DNA of 64,000 nt. It comes from the human T2T-CHM13v2.0 reference genome, Homo sapiens. The stretch lies in assembly GCF_009914755.1 (NCBI RefSeq), contig NC_060937.1. The stretch is one strand, 5' to 3'. The notes under the pieces were generated by a model. That model saw only the letters and a list, made by a program, of their open reading frames with translations, had not been told where the DNA came from and ran no database searches. This document shows, piece after piece, positions 1 to 12,670 of the stretch. A program made the position numbers and the translations under genes. Every line of letters begins with the position of its first letter. The first letter of the stretch is position 1.

Positions 1-560
1 CCACCAATAACAACCGCCTGTGTCAATGCAAACAAAAGCCAGAAATCAACCAGTTGAAGAATTAGCTAGCCACATGGTCATTACCTTATATCCCAACAAG
101 CCCAGGGCAAATTAGGATTCCTAAAACAGGATCCTGATTTTCCCAAATGAAATCTCCACACACTATATCCCACCATCTCTTTGGGTTTAGGGTTCCCTTC
201 GAATCTTTTCTAAGAATAAATTAGGAAGGTGTTGTTTTTCTAACATGCAGTCTTTAATGGATACTACTTTTCTTTTTACAAAGGACTCTAATGGATGGAA
301 AAAATTTTAAAACAGTTATCTGTGGGTTAATTGAATTATAAGGTAGGTTAGGAACTGCAGCTCATCAGTGAAAAAAAAATATGTACATTCACTAATTTTG
401 CCAGTTTGGTTCATATTTGTTGGAAGACTCAGGTTTTATAGAAAGAGATTTTATAAACAACCCACCCTCATGTTGTCTTTCGCAGCAATTAATATATATG
501 GCTGAGAAGGCATTTCAAGCTTTCCATTCTTTGAGGCACTTTTATTTCTAATAAGGTTCT

Positions 561-574
561 CTGCCCTCTAGTGG
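561..574 (-). promoter_or_regulatory. Candidate CTCF site
   Basis: Minus strand reads CCACTAGAGGGCAG, matching the CTCF core CCASYAGRKGGCRS, in non-repetitive sequence. Confidence 0.6.
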
Positions 575-1659
575 TTGTTTTGTTTCAGGCATTGGCGTCA
601 AGGTGATGTATGATTAGGAAGCAAAATTTTGCCTAAGGATTTTTAAGGAGTGGTTGTGCTCTCAATTTAACATTGAAAGTGGTTTCTGGAGGGCCGTTAG
701 GATGCTAAGGGATTCTAGGATGACTTCACCTCATGTTGCACAAAGATAGGTGTAAACCTCTACTTTATTTTTCAAACTATTTATCTGTGCTTGAGGATCT
801 GTCTCATTTAGGCTACATATTACAGTTTATTATAATAATTCATTATTTCCATTTGAAAGTTAAAAGAGAAGAGTTTATGTATGGCCTTAAATTCTGGCTG
901 CTGCAGCAAACGCTTGAAATTCAGTCCTCCGAAAAAAGGAAAATGAGTCCCCTCAATTTTGAAGGCCAGAGGGTAGATCCATATGCTGTTTTGTGGGGCC
1001 CATCTTCCTGTTTTCAAGTCCAAGGAACTCTGTGGGAATCTGGTCATACTCATGCTTGGGCTTTGAAAAAGCCAAGGTGATTTGGAAAATATGTTCTGAG
1101 ATGTAACAGCTGCGGCTGCATGATCAGAGGCAGATTTATTTTGGTACAGCTGCCAGGCCCTTGTTGTGCCTTCTGTAAATTTTAATTCCTAGTAATTATT
1201 GGAAGTGACACCAACTCTTGTTAATTAACCCTTTTGACATAAACAGAAGGTGTGCTTCCTCCAGAGGACTGGGGGGTGAGATGGAAAAGAGATCTTGGCG
1301 TGGCACTCTCGCCCCCTTATTCATCAACCCTCGGAAGATTAAGATGATCAGGTGGATTGGTTTGGAACTGCTCTTTCATATTAATCTAAGAAGCTATGCT
1401 ATCCATTACTTATATGATGATGGGAGGAAGGAACAGTTCTAAATATGAAACTAGAATGAAGAAGAGGTATCAAGCGTTACAGAATAGGCCCAGTGCGGTT
1501 ACAGCATGACTTCAAATCACCTTTTCTACAATTCTGATGTCATATTCTCAAAAGATTATTGTTTTAAATATTTATACTGTGGAATAAATTATATATGTGT
1601 TGTGTGTATGTGTGTGCATAGCTTAAAAGAATAATGAGAAAATAAATACCCTTGTACCC

Positions 1660-2200
1660 ACTACCTTTATGAGGTAATGCCAAACTGTTTTCCAAATTGG
1701 CGTGTAAATGTTCTTTCCTAACAGCTCTGTAAAAAGTGTTTACTGCACCACACTGCCTCAGAAATACTTCATATTATCCAGCTTTTAAATATGTACCAAC
1801 CTGATAGACATGAAATGGCAGTTCTCTGTAGCTCAATCTTGCGTGTCCCTGAATTCTAATGAGTTTAAGCAACTTTTCATGTATGTATCGATATATTTTT
1901 ACCTATAGTTTCTACTGAACCATTTGTCTTTTTATTCATTTGTAAGTCCTTTATATCTTCTAGATATGTAAAGTCAGGGGTTTATATTGCAAATATCTTC
2001 TCCTGGTTTGAGGCTTGTCTTTTTGCTCTCCTTATGGTATATTTTGGTGAATAGAAGTTCTTAATGTTTTCATGGAGTTGAATTTATCAATAATTTGTTT
2101 GTGGTTTATGTGGTTGGTGGCTTGTTTAAAAAATCCTTTTTCTCCTAGATTCTTAGAATAGTGTCCTATGTCATCTAAAGTGTTACTGCACCCTTTTGGG
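1660..2200 (-). mobile_element. Old L1M fragment (antisense), apparently continuing at about 4575-4920
   Basis: Antisense L1 ORF2/3' phrases such as ccaaactgttttccaa and ttgcaaatatcttctcc. Confidence 0.6.
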
Positions 2201-2507
2201 TCTGTGGTAAAGCAGGCTAACTGTCCACCAAGTCCTTGTGCTTATTCTCTTCAGAAGATAGAATTGTCAGGAAGAAGCTGCTCAGTCAGTGATTGGTTAA
2301 CCCTTGTTTGCATCTAGATGGGATCATGTGACTAGTTCTTGTTAATGGAATATGAGTAGACGTGATGTCATGCTCATATAAGAAGTGATAAATTATCTCC
2401 TTCCCCATCCACAAAAATGCAATTACTCTGGGATCCTGGGATCTGATGAAGCCACAAGTGGAAGGAACATAGATGCTAGAATGACTATGTGTAGGTAAAT
2501 AGCCCAC

Positions 2508-2840
2508 TACTATAAACTGAATGTTTGTGTTCCTCCGAAATTTATATTTTAAATCCTAACTCTCAATACAATGATATTAAGAAGTGGGGACTTTGGAAAG
2601 TGATTAGGTCATGAGGGCAGAGCCCTCTTGAATGGGATTAGTGCCCTGATAAAAGGGACCCCAGAAAGAACAGCAAGAAGATAACTTTCTATGAACTAAG
2701 AAGCAGGTCTTCACCAGAACTCGACCATGCTGGCACCCTGATTGCAGGCTTCCAGTCTCCAAAACTGTGAGAAGTAAATTTCTGTCATTCATAAGCCACC
2801 CAGTCCATGGTAGTTTATTGCAGCAGCCTTACCTAAGACA
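2508..2840 (+). mobile_element. MLT1A-like solo LTR nested in the older MLT1 LTR
   Basis: ctgaatgtttgtgt...attaggtcatgagggcagagccctc...gcagcagcc...ctaagaca. Confidence 0.75.
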
Positions 2841-3842
2841 CCTGCCAACCAGGAACACGCATATTCAGCAGCCAGTTGAGCAAAAAAAAAAAAAAAAAAA
2901 AAAAAAAGGATTTCTATTGTGTTAGCCACTAAATTTTTGGCTATTTTATTTCATCACGTAGTATTACCCTAACCAATGTGGAAATTGGTACCTACAAGTG
3001 GAAAGCTACCTTAACAAATTCTAAAATATGTGGCATTGACATAGTGGATGGGTGATAGAAAGCAAGGAAAAAGATAAAGCAAGACAGAAATATGGAGATC
3101 TCTGTTATGCAGTAGCATAAAATGGTGCCTGCTGTAATTCTGAAAGCAGATCAAATGCCTCGTAGATATGTAGCTCTACAGGAAGTAGTTGCAAAGAGCT
3201 AAAAATGTTACCATGTGTTGGTTTCTACTCACTCTTATCTCAAGGTATATAAAGAAAAAGATGCGTCCAAGCAAGAAGTGGTTGTCTTGAGAGCAGAGAT
3301 AGAAAGGAGTGGAGAAAGTCCAGAAATTTAGTGATTCAAGGATTGGCAAAGCTATTTCTGTACCGTAAACCATGATTTAAAAATTAGAATGAAAAAATAT
3401 TTAGAGCAAGAAAGACTCATTAGGAATTCTCAGTTACACAAAAGGATTAGGCCTTGTGGCAAAGATCAAATTAAGGTTGTTTCTTTCCAATTCAAGGTTA
3501 TTTTATGAGATGGCCTCAAGGTATCTGCCATTACATTGAGAAAGCCAATGGTGGGATACAGGGAGCAAAAAGCAAAGACATAAATCAGATTGAGAATTAT
3601 GTCGAGGGAAGAATGAATGTAGTTATTCATACATGGGATTTACTGAAATTGAATAGATGAGAAGTCTACTGTGTCCATGGGAATTATATTGTTGAATAAA
3701 CTGCAATCTGGCTTTAAAAAGCCTGTGATTATAAAATAGTCATGCCTCCAATAAACCGGCCCCAGCAAGAAGCTGGCAGTGAAGATCCAGCCCTCTCAAG
3801 GAGGGCAGACCCCTCAAAGCTCATTTCAGATGGGTTCTTAGG

Positions 3843-4018
3843 CAGTGGGGCTCTCCACATGTAGTCCCCAGGCCAGCAGCATCACAATCAATCAGGAAAA
3901 TGTTAGAAATGCACATTACCCAGACTTACTGAATAACAAACTCTAGGGATAGGGCCCAGCCATGTGTGCTGTAAGCCCTCCAGGTGATTCTGATGCTTGC
4001 TGAAATCTTGAAACTGCC
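3843..4018. mobile_element. MER5A (hAT-Charlie) DNA transposon
   Basis: ccagcagcatca...gttagaaatgca...aagccctccaggtgattctgatgc. Confidence 0.75.
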
Positions 4019-4974
4019 TTAGAGGAGAAAAAATAAGAATCTCTGAGAGAGTGGAGAAGTGCGGAAAGGAAGTTTCTCCTAGAGAACGGACTTGAGTCTC
4101 ATCAAGGAACTTCCTCTGTAGCTAGGGAACGTAGTCTTCCTAATGCCTATATGGCAGGATTTTGAAGTTCATTTGACTATTGTCTCCTATTCTTTTCTGA
4201 AGGATATTTTATATTGCAGTTATCTTTAATCTGCTTTTTCTTTATGTTTTGAGGTTGGGGACAGTAGCCACATAAATTGTCTTTTAGTCCCTAAATAGCC
4301 ATATAATAAATATCTACAACTGGACCAATGGAGAGAACAGGGACCAGTGATTGCCATTGGAACAGAAGAAGAGGGTGATGAAAAAGAAGCATCTGAGGTG
4401 CTGGGCAGTGGAGGAGCCACGAGTCGAAAGGAGTTTGGGTCCCCGAATCATTGTGTGGACAAAAGCTACCTTCTGACCAGGAACACCTACACTGATTCAG
4501 AAAAACGAATAATAAATTTTTATTGTGTTGAGACACCAAAGTTTTAGAGTTTATATTCTTATCAGTACTACGTAGTTCCATTTAGGTTATCAATCCTCTG
4601 AGAATTAATTGTGTAAAAGCTGTGATATGGGAATCTATATTTCCATATGAATGGTCAGCCTTTCCAGCACTATTTATTGGTAAGCAATTCTTTCCACACA
4701 TACCTGCAGTGACTACTCTATCATAAATCGAATTTCCAAATCCATGAGGATCAGCTCCTAGGCTTCCCACTACCTCGCAATGTTTAATTTTCATAACCCC
4801 ATACCAACACTGCACGGTTGTAAATTCACATAACTGTGTAGTAGAGCTTGATTACCTCCACCCAATTATGTTCTTCGACATGTCTTGGCTATTTCTGTCT
4901 TACAACTTTTGTATTTTTTTTCTGCCTTTCAGCCTTATACTTTCGCCATTTCAATTTCTGGGCAGGATAGAGTA

Positions 4975-6690
4975 ATAGACATGGATCCTGAAAACTACAA
5001 AAAAGTTTCTGAAAGAAATTAAAGAATTCCTGAATAAATGGAAAGATACACCATGTTTGTGGGTCGGAAGACTAAATATTGCTAGAGTACTGTTCCTTCT
5101 CACTTGACCTGTTGGTTAAATGCAATCTCAGCCAAAATGTCAGCACATTCTTTGGAGAAATTAATAAAATGATTCTAATATGTATATGGAGAGCCAAAGG
5201 ACATAGACTATTCAAAACAAATTATAAAAAGAAGAACAAACCTGGAAGATGTGAAGTAATTTCATGACTTACCATACTACATCGCACTCACTACTCATTA
5301 CTACAGTAGTGAGTGTGATGTTAGACTAAAAATAGATGTATTAAATAATAGAACAGAATAGACAGTTAATAAATACATTATAAATAAATAAATAGACCCT
5401 TATAGACCATTAAGTTTTCACAAAAATGACTAGGTAATTCAGTGATAAACAAATAATGTAAATTGTTGCGGTAACAATTTGATATCCATATGCCAAATAA
5501 GGGCCTTTGACACTTACCTCACACCATGCAAAAAATCAACCCAAAATCGATAATTAAATGTAAGAGCTGATTAAATGTAATTAAATGTAAAAGCTAAAAC
5601 TGTAAGATTTCTAGAAGAAAACAGTGGAAAATATTTGTGACCATTGACTAGGCAAAGAGATTTCTTACAGGGAAGAAAAAGCACAAACTATACTATCAAC
5701 TGAACTTTATCAAAATTAAAACCTTTTGCTCTTTAAAAGACATTTTTAGACAAATGAAATATCAAGTTACAAACTGGGAGGAAATATTTGCAAACTATAT
5801 ATCTAATAAAAGACTTATATCCATAATATATAAAGAATACTTAAGATTCAATAATAAAAGACAGATAACCCCTTTATAATTAGGCAAACTTTACAAAAGA
5901 AGATACACAAATTGCCAATGTGCATATAAAAAAGATGCAGCATTTTTAGTCATCAGGTAAATGCAAATTACAACAACGTGCTATCACTACACACCCACTG
6001 GAATGGCAACATTTAAAAAAAATTACAGTACCACCTGCTGGCAAAGGAATGAAGCAACTAGAATGCTTATTCATTGCTGTTGAGAATGGAAAATTGCACA
6101 GCCACCTTGGAAAGCAGTTTGGCAGCTTCTAATAAAACTAAACACACCTTTACCATGTGAACCAGCAATTTTATCTCTAGGTATTTACCCTAAGGAAAAT
6201 ATATAGTCACACAAAGATTTGCACTCAAATATTTATAGAAGATTTATGTATAACAGCCAAAAAGTGGAAACTACCTGTTCCCTTCATATGGTGAAATGTA
6301 TAAATAAATTCAGTCATTTCTGCACAAATGGAATACTAATCATCAACAAAAAGGAAAGAATCACTGACACAGCAAAAAAAAAAAAAAATTGACAAATCTC
6401 TAAAGCTTTATGCTAAGTGGAAGAAGTTCAAAAACAAGATGACACAGTATACCATTATAGAAAATTTTAGAAAATGAAGAGAACAGATCAGAGATCCTCA
6501 GGGACTGGATGTGAGGGAAGAGAACTCACAGAAAAAGAGCACGTAGAACTTTTTAGACTGATAAAAAATGTTCTATATCATGATTGTGGTGCTGACTACA
6601 CAGCTGTGTATATTTTTCAAAACACAATTAATGGTACATTTAAAGTTGATTAATTTTATTGTATGTAAACTATACCAAAGCAAAACTAAC
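4975..6690 (+). mobile_element. L1M (L1MC/ME-class) 3' ORF2 and 3'UTR
   Basis: A-rich degenerate ORF2 (aaagaaattaaagaa...ataaatggaaagata) ending in ttttattgtatgtaaactata. Confidence 0.75.
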
Positions 6691-6729
6691 TTTTTAACTA
6701 ATTAATTTGTTGTCTTTCTGCCAACGAAA

Positions 6730-7022
6730 GCAATGGTCTTCAAGCTCTTCCTGTAAGGGGCCTGATAGGCTTTGTGGTCCATACAGTATCTGTTGCAGGT
6801 ATACAAGTCTGTAGTTATAGTATCAAAATAGATGATACGTAAGGAAATAAAACATCACTGATGGACAGTTAAATTTAAATGTTGTATAATTTTCATGTGT
6901 CAAAAATATTCTTTTGATTGTTTTCCAACCATTTAAAAATGAAAAAATCATTTAGTTCGTGGGCCATATAACAACAGAGAGTAAACTAGATTGGGTTAAC
7001 GGGCCACAGTTTGCTGACCCCA
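6730..7022. mobile_element. MER58B-like DNA transposon
   Basis: Ends gggccacagtttgctgacccc; internal tcacaaa/tttgattgttttccaaccatttaaaaatg-type segment. Confidence 0.65.
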
Positions 7023-8444
7023 AGATAGGGAATTCTGTACAACATTGAATAAAAATAACAATAGTGAACATCGTCATTTTGTTTCTGATATTAAGGAAAG
7101 GCTGTTGATGATTTACAATTAAGTACTATATTTATTAGAGGTTCCTTGGTAGATAGGTAGGCTAAGGAGGTTCTCTTCTATTTCTAGTTTGCTAAGAGTT
7201 TGTATCAAATGTGTATGTCAAATTTATTAATATTTTCCTATTTATTAAGAAGCTTATATTGTTTTCTTGTTTAGTTCATGAATAAGGGGAATTACATAAA
7301 TTGATTTTAATATTTAACCAATCTTACATTCCTGAAATTGAAAACTCATTTTAGGTATGTTGTATTGTTTTCTGCTAAAAATGCATTATTGATTTAGTTT
7401 TTCTTTTTTTCTTTTTTAGGACTTTTTACATCAGTGCCTAAAAATGTGTTTATTTTATTGTATGTAATACAATAAAAACTCGTAAGTTTTTCTTCCTTCT
7501 ACTGTTCTTTTTCCAGCTTTTGTTAAAAGCTAGCCTATTATCCATGTTTCCATTCATAATATTTTATGGAAAACTGAAATTTGACTCTTTTTGCATCTTT
7601 GATAGAAGTTACTTGCATGTTCATATAGACTTAGTGTTTCTTAACTGGAATATCTGAAATTTCTAATTCTATTTCTTTCTTTCTTATAGCTCTGTTCCAT
7701 TTTTTAAATTTATTCATAAGTTAGTAAGTTGTTTTAAATGTGTCTTAAAATCTACAGACAAAAATCTACCAATGTGTCTATACTCTATATTTGTCTCTTT
7801 AAAAGAGCACACATTATACTACTTTTGGTGTAGTCTGAAAGTCTTTATTTTTTAACTGGAACATTTAGTGTTTTTACATTTATTGTGATTACTGACATAT
7901 TTGTATTTATTCTTCTATCTTATTTTATGGCTTCTGTTTGTTTCTTATGCTTCTGTTTCCCTCCTCTTTCTTGATTTCATTTGGGTTAATTGATATTTAT
8001 TTATTCATTCATTTATGTATTTATTCATCTTTTAAAACTCTCAGGTAAACAGAATTAGATTAATAATACTCCTTGGTTCATGACAGATTCTCATCACTGG
8101 TCTATGCAAAGTCTTCCTTTGCCTAATTTATTTCTTTGCTTGTTTATTAAGACAATAAACACTTGTGATCTATTAACCCAATTAAAGATAAATAATATTG
8201 ACACTAACTTACCTATGTCTTCTGTGCTACTCCTCCTATGCTCTCTTTTTCTTGTTCCATATTTTCCTTCCATTGCCTTAGATTTTAAATTCTTTAAATT
8301 TATTTTTTGAGATTTTTTTCCTTGATGTTCTCACATTGAAATTTAACACAGCCAAAGTTAGTCAATGTGTCTACTCTCTTCCCAAATGTAAAGATCTTGC
8401 TGTATTAATTACAATATCACTTCTCCCAAAGTAAATGCTAATAG

Positions 8445-9054
8445 TATTATAGGAGTTATTAAGAAATTGTTTTAGGCAGATACAGAGTTTAAGGGGTCCT
8501 TGGTTAGGTTTTTTTTCTTTTAAACCAGCTCCAGAAATGTTTCTTGTCTAGTAGAAAAGTGGCTTGAAGGGCCAGGCCAGCAAGCTTTAATATGCAAATA
8601 CCAGCCGTTAGAAACTGGGTCCATCCAATATGGCAATTACCGCCCTCTTCTCCTTGTCACCCTGTGTACTAAGCATCATGGCCGCCCCCAGATAACCTCA
8701 CTTTGCAGGACATCATGGCACCCTGCTTATTAAAAGGCAAGGGTGGGAGGGCCAGTTTTTTTGTGGGCTACGTGAATGACATACCTGGTCAAACCAATCC
8801 CCTGGGCCCTATGCAAATCAGACGTCACTTTCTCCAGCCTCCTAATATAACTGACTGTTTTGCACCTCTCGGAGTTTCCTCTCTCAGCGTGGAGCACCCT
8901 TCCCTATGTCTCTGTACGGGGGAGCTTCTTTCTTCTTTTTTGCCTATTAAACTCTCCACTCCTTAAAACCATCCCACGTGTGTCTGTGTCATTTTATCTA
9001 AATCACCACGAGGCAAACGACCCTGGTGTTCCTCCAGTCATCAGAGCCATATCA
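8445..9054 (+). repeat. 5' LTR (LTR9-like)
   Basis: tattataggagttattaagaaatt...gagccatatca, with CCAAT, taatataa, ATTAAA and two ATGCAAAT octamers. Confidence 0.88.
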
Positions 9055-10418
9055 TTTTAGTGCATTGGCTGGGAAACCAAGGTACAGCGTGGTAAGTATG
9101 GGAGTGAGCTTAAAATCTGTTTTATCATTCTGAGGTGATCTTAGCCTCTATTTTAAAATCAAATCAAATCAATCAATGGGCATCCATCAGCTGGTTAAAT
9201 AGGCTGATCGTGTCTGCTGTTCTAAAGACTCAGATGACAGACTTGCTGGTGAGAACATGGAGAACCCCCAAATACCCACAGGTCATTAGGAATGTTGGCC
9301 ATGTTTTGAATCAGTTTCCTTTTGTGGGAAAACCTCACCATGGCTGGAAAAAGTTCTGAGGCAACTGAGAATTTCTGGCCAGGGCACCCCCTGGCGTTAC
9401 CCAAAGGCCTCTAGACCGAACCTAGCCTCCAACAGCCCATTTCGGGTATTGGCAGAGATTCCCCAGCTATCCTGTCCCAAAACGCTCCTTCCTTTTCCTA
9501 TCTGCAGTCTCTTACTCTCTCTGTGTCAAATGTGTGGGAATTTAGTAACCGGGAGTGTAGCTCAGGAATGCTGTTCCAATCTTCTGTTCCCCTTACCCAC
9601 AGTCTCTCTCTCGCTCTCTCTCCCCCTACCTCCCCTGACTCCCCCGCCGCCACGCCCCACCCCCACCCTGGCGAGCACATAGTATTTCTAAGCCAACATC
9701 GCCACCTACTGGAAATAGAAATCCTCTTCATGAGGCTATGAGGCTATTTTATTTTTTTTTTTTATGGTAACATGAGCTTCCTTTTGCACCACTGGAAATC
9801 AGGCTCTAAGCCTCTTCCATGAACGGGAAAATTCTACTCTCAACAGTTAGGAGTTAAATGTCTTCCGTAGGCAAATTTTAGTCTCGATATCGTCCCTTCA
9901 GCAGGAAAACCGCCATTAGGTTCCTGCGTTCCTTCAAGGTACCTATTCTGTCTCCGATTAAGACAGTACTTAACTAGTAAGGGCATTTTAAGTCCAGAAG
10001 TTAACTGGAACCATTTTTCTAAGGGTAAATGCTTTAGCATGGGCCATAATAGCAGGATATAGAGTTCAATCTAGCATGCCTTGCCATTAAAGGGGCCTTG
10101 TCCAATTATAAAGTTTTTCCTGAGATCCATTTTATTTTTAGGGAGGCACACAGGTCACACAAGTCTATGAGGTCAAAGGGAAATAATAGGCAGAGGACTA
10201 GGACTACTTGAGTAAGCGTGACTAGGTCTCAAAAGTCTAGTTCCTCTGGTGCTGTGGCTTAGAGGATCACACCTACAGTCATGGGCAGCATATTTAACAG
10301 GGTGCCAGGACCCAGGAATAATTGGGGGGACACCCCCACTGTTTTCTTCTCCACCCTGGCTCACACACAGAAAGCAAGGAGACTAAAAGGACACCTTTAT
10401 TCTCACTTCTCTTTCTAC

Positions 10419-10928
10419 ATGGGTAACAGATTGTCCAGCATGCACTCTCCTGGAGTGTATTTTAAAGCACTGGGACTCCTTCGATTCTGAGACTTTGAAG
10501 AAAAAGCCCTTCATATTGTATTGCAGAAGGGCACGGCCTTCTTACCGTCTTGGGGACAGACAAACCTAGCCCGTTGGGGGAAGCCTTGATTTTAATATTA
10601 TCCAACAGTTGGATCTTTTCTGCAGGCAGAAGGGCAAATGGATTGAGGTCCAGTATGTGCAGACTGCCTTTGCCCTGTGAGACAGCCCAGACCTTTACAA
10701 GCTCTGTACAATCAACCCAGTTCTTTTAGCAGCCATGGCAGGCAAGCCCACAGGGAATAGTTCCCCAGAGCTGAAGGAGGTTCCAGAGGAGCAATCTAAG
10801 ACAGCTATTGAATGTCATAACCCTTCCAGTCCCCCTCCAATTGTACCGTCAGCTACTCCAGCTCTGTTATCTCCAGTATATCCTACTCTCCCCACTTCAC
10901 TCTTAGCTCTGCAGGAGATACCTGATGG
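10419..10928 (+). pseudogene. Degenerate gammaretrovirus-like gag (MA to start of CA)
   Basis: MGNRLSS..., [31 protein letters not shown], a Pro-rich linker and LLALQE, with stops and frameshifts. Confidence 0.8.
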
Positions 10929-10929
10929 G

Positions 10930-12566
10930 ACATGGTATGGGAGCACTTTCAACTGTGTAACTAACTCCTCTCAGGAGAACACTCTGCCCCCAGTGCCAAA
11001 GAACACTCTCCCCACACCCTCAGGCTGGGAAAAGTTGATTGCATAATGCCTCCCTCTGCTTAAAAAGCAGTGAGAAAGGGCCATACTTAGGAGATCTCAG
11101 ATATTGTAACATCACACTTGCAATTGCTGATAGTTCAAAGATGTGGAGGAGGAGAGTGCAACAAGGGTGATCTAAAAGGATCAGAAGGCCTAGTGGGGAG
11201 CTTTCAGAATCTAGTCTTTCCTTCTGGTTGGAAGTCCCGATGGGAGTAGCATGCTCTAAGCAACCACCTTGACTATAATGTAAAGAATGACACAGGGACC
11301 TTTCCAAACATGCCCCCTCATGGAATTCCAGACCCTTGTATGATGTTTGCTAATAGTAGCTGCTTACAGATCTGTGGGCAAACTGGAGACATCTGGACTA
11401 ACGGCCCTTGCCACAAGGATCATCTGAGATATTGGTCAGGGCATATTATGTCTCTAATTTTTCAAAACTTCATTTGTCAGGTGGACCCTTCTCACTTGGC
11501 TTGTCAAATTCCAAACGGCATTGTAAATGACTATCTTAAATATGGATGTCCTGATCCCAAGGATGCCCCTATTACATGTAAAGAAGGGAAACTTCTAAGA
11601 TATGAGAAAAATCTGCTGGTGTCTCTCACAAGGCACAACTTAGGATCGTCCCTACAGGGAATGGGGCTATATTTTTTTGTGTGGCTCCTGGACTCCTAAT
11701 CCTCCCAAGGCGTTGGAAGGGAACCTGTACTATAGGAGCAGTAGTTTCCCACTTACTATGTTTAAGTTCTACTGAGAAGGCAGCATCATCTGGGGGCATC
11801 ACTAACTTAGGCTCTTTTCTAGAAACTACACTATCTCTAATATGCCGGACAAAGAGTGCTATCATATCTATACCCTAATATGTAGATTTAACTGAAAGGG
11901 CAGACTGAGGAGGGCATGCATATGACAATCCCATCTTGGAAAAACCATGGATGGAAAATTCCATAGCCAGAGGTCTATTCCGGTTTACGAGCATCCCTCT
12001 CTTTGAAAGATCAGTACTTAATATCTCCATTATGACGCAGTGAGGATGGAAGGCAATTGTAGGTGCCATAGACACACAACAACAATGTATAGACTCTTTA
12101 GCCTCAGTAGTAGCACAAAATAGATGGGCCTAAGATGTCCTTACAGCTGAAGTAGGAGGCACCTGTGCACTTTTAAATTAAACATGCTGCTTCTGGATTA
12201 ACACCTCTAGTAAAGTAGAGGAAAATCTACAGGTACTTAAAGATCAAATCAAAATTATTGACAGGCTAAGAGAAAATGCATCACATCAAAATTATTGACA
12301 GGCTAAGAGAAAATGCAGGCTTCAGCCCCGAGTGGCTGTTAAATGAATTCCAGTCTTCTTTATGGAATTGTTTAGCTCTTTTATTAAGCCCCCTCTTGCT
12401 TATATGCCTTGCATTAATATTTGGACCTTGTATACTCAATACTATAACTCGAATTGTTTCATCTTGTCTAGAAGCAATCAAACGCCAAATGGGGCTGCAA
12501 ACAGAACCACCTATGGACATAACATTCTGCCAAGGACCCTTAGATCGACCCCAGGAGGAGCCCTAG
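10930..12566 (+). pseudogene. Degenerate env (partial SU and TM)
   Basis: WKGTC in SU, furin-like RTKS, immunosuppressive-domain remnant LASVVAQNR..DVLTAEVGGTCALLN-TCCFWIN, membrane anchor LIFGPCILN and C-terminal GPLDRP. Confidence 0.85.
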
Positions 12567-12670
12567 CTGCTGTTCCCACTGGACGCCCGTTTGCGGCAGG
12601 AAGTAGCCAGAAAGAGTTGTGGCCCAAAGCCCCCTAACAGTAGTGAGGATGACATCTCCTCCGGGGGAAA

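Larger units (their letters stand above)
2203..4570 (+). mobile_element. Old MLT1 MaLR element (LTR, internal region, partial LTR) with nested insertions
   Basis: MLT1-like LTR pieces at 2203-2980 and about 4330-4570; MaLR internal start aaattggtacc at about 2983. Confidence 0.55.

Noticed and set aside
10930-12566. Possible domesticated syncytin-like env
   Set aside because: Multiple stops and frameshifts, a degenerate furin site (RTKS), a disrupted immunosuppressive domain and a missing N-terminus.
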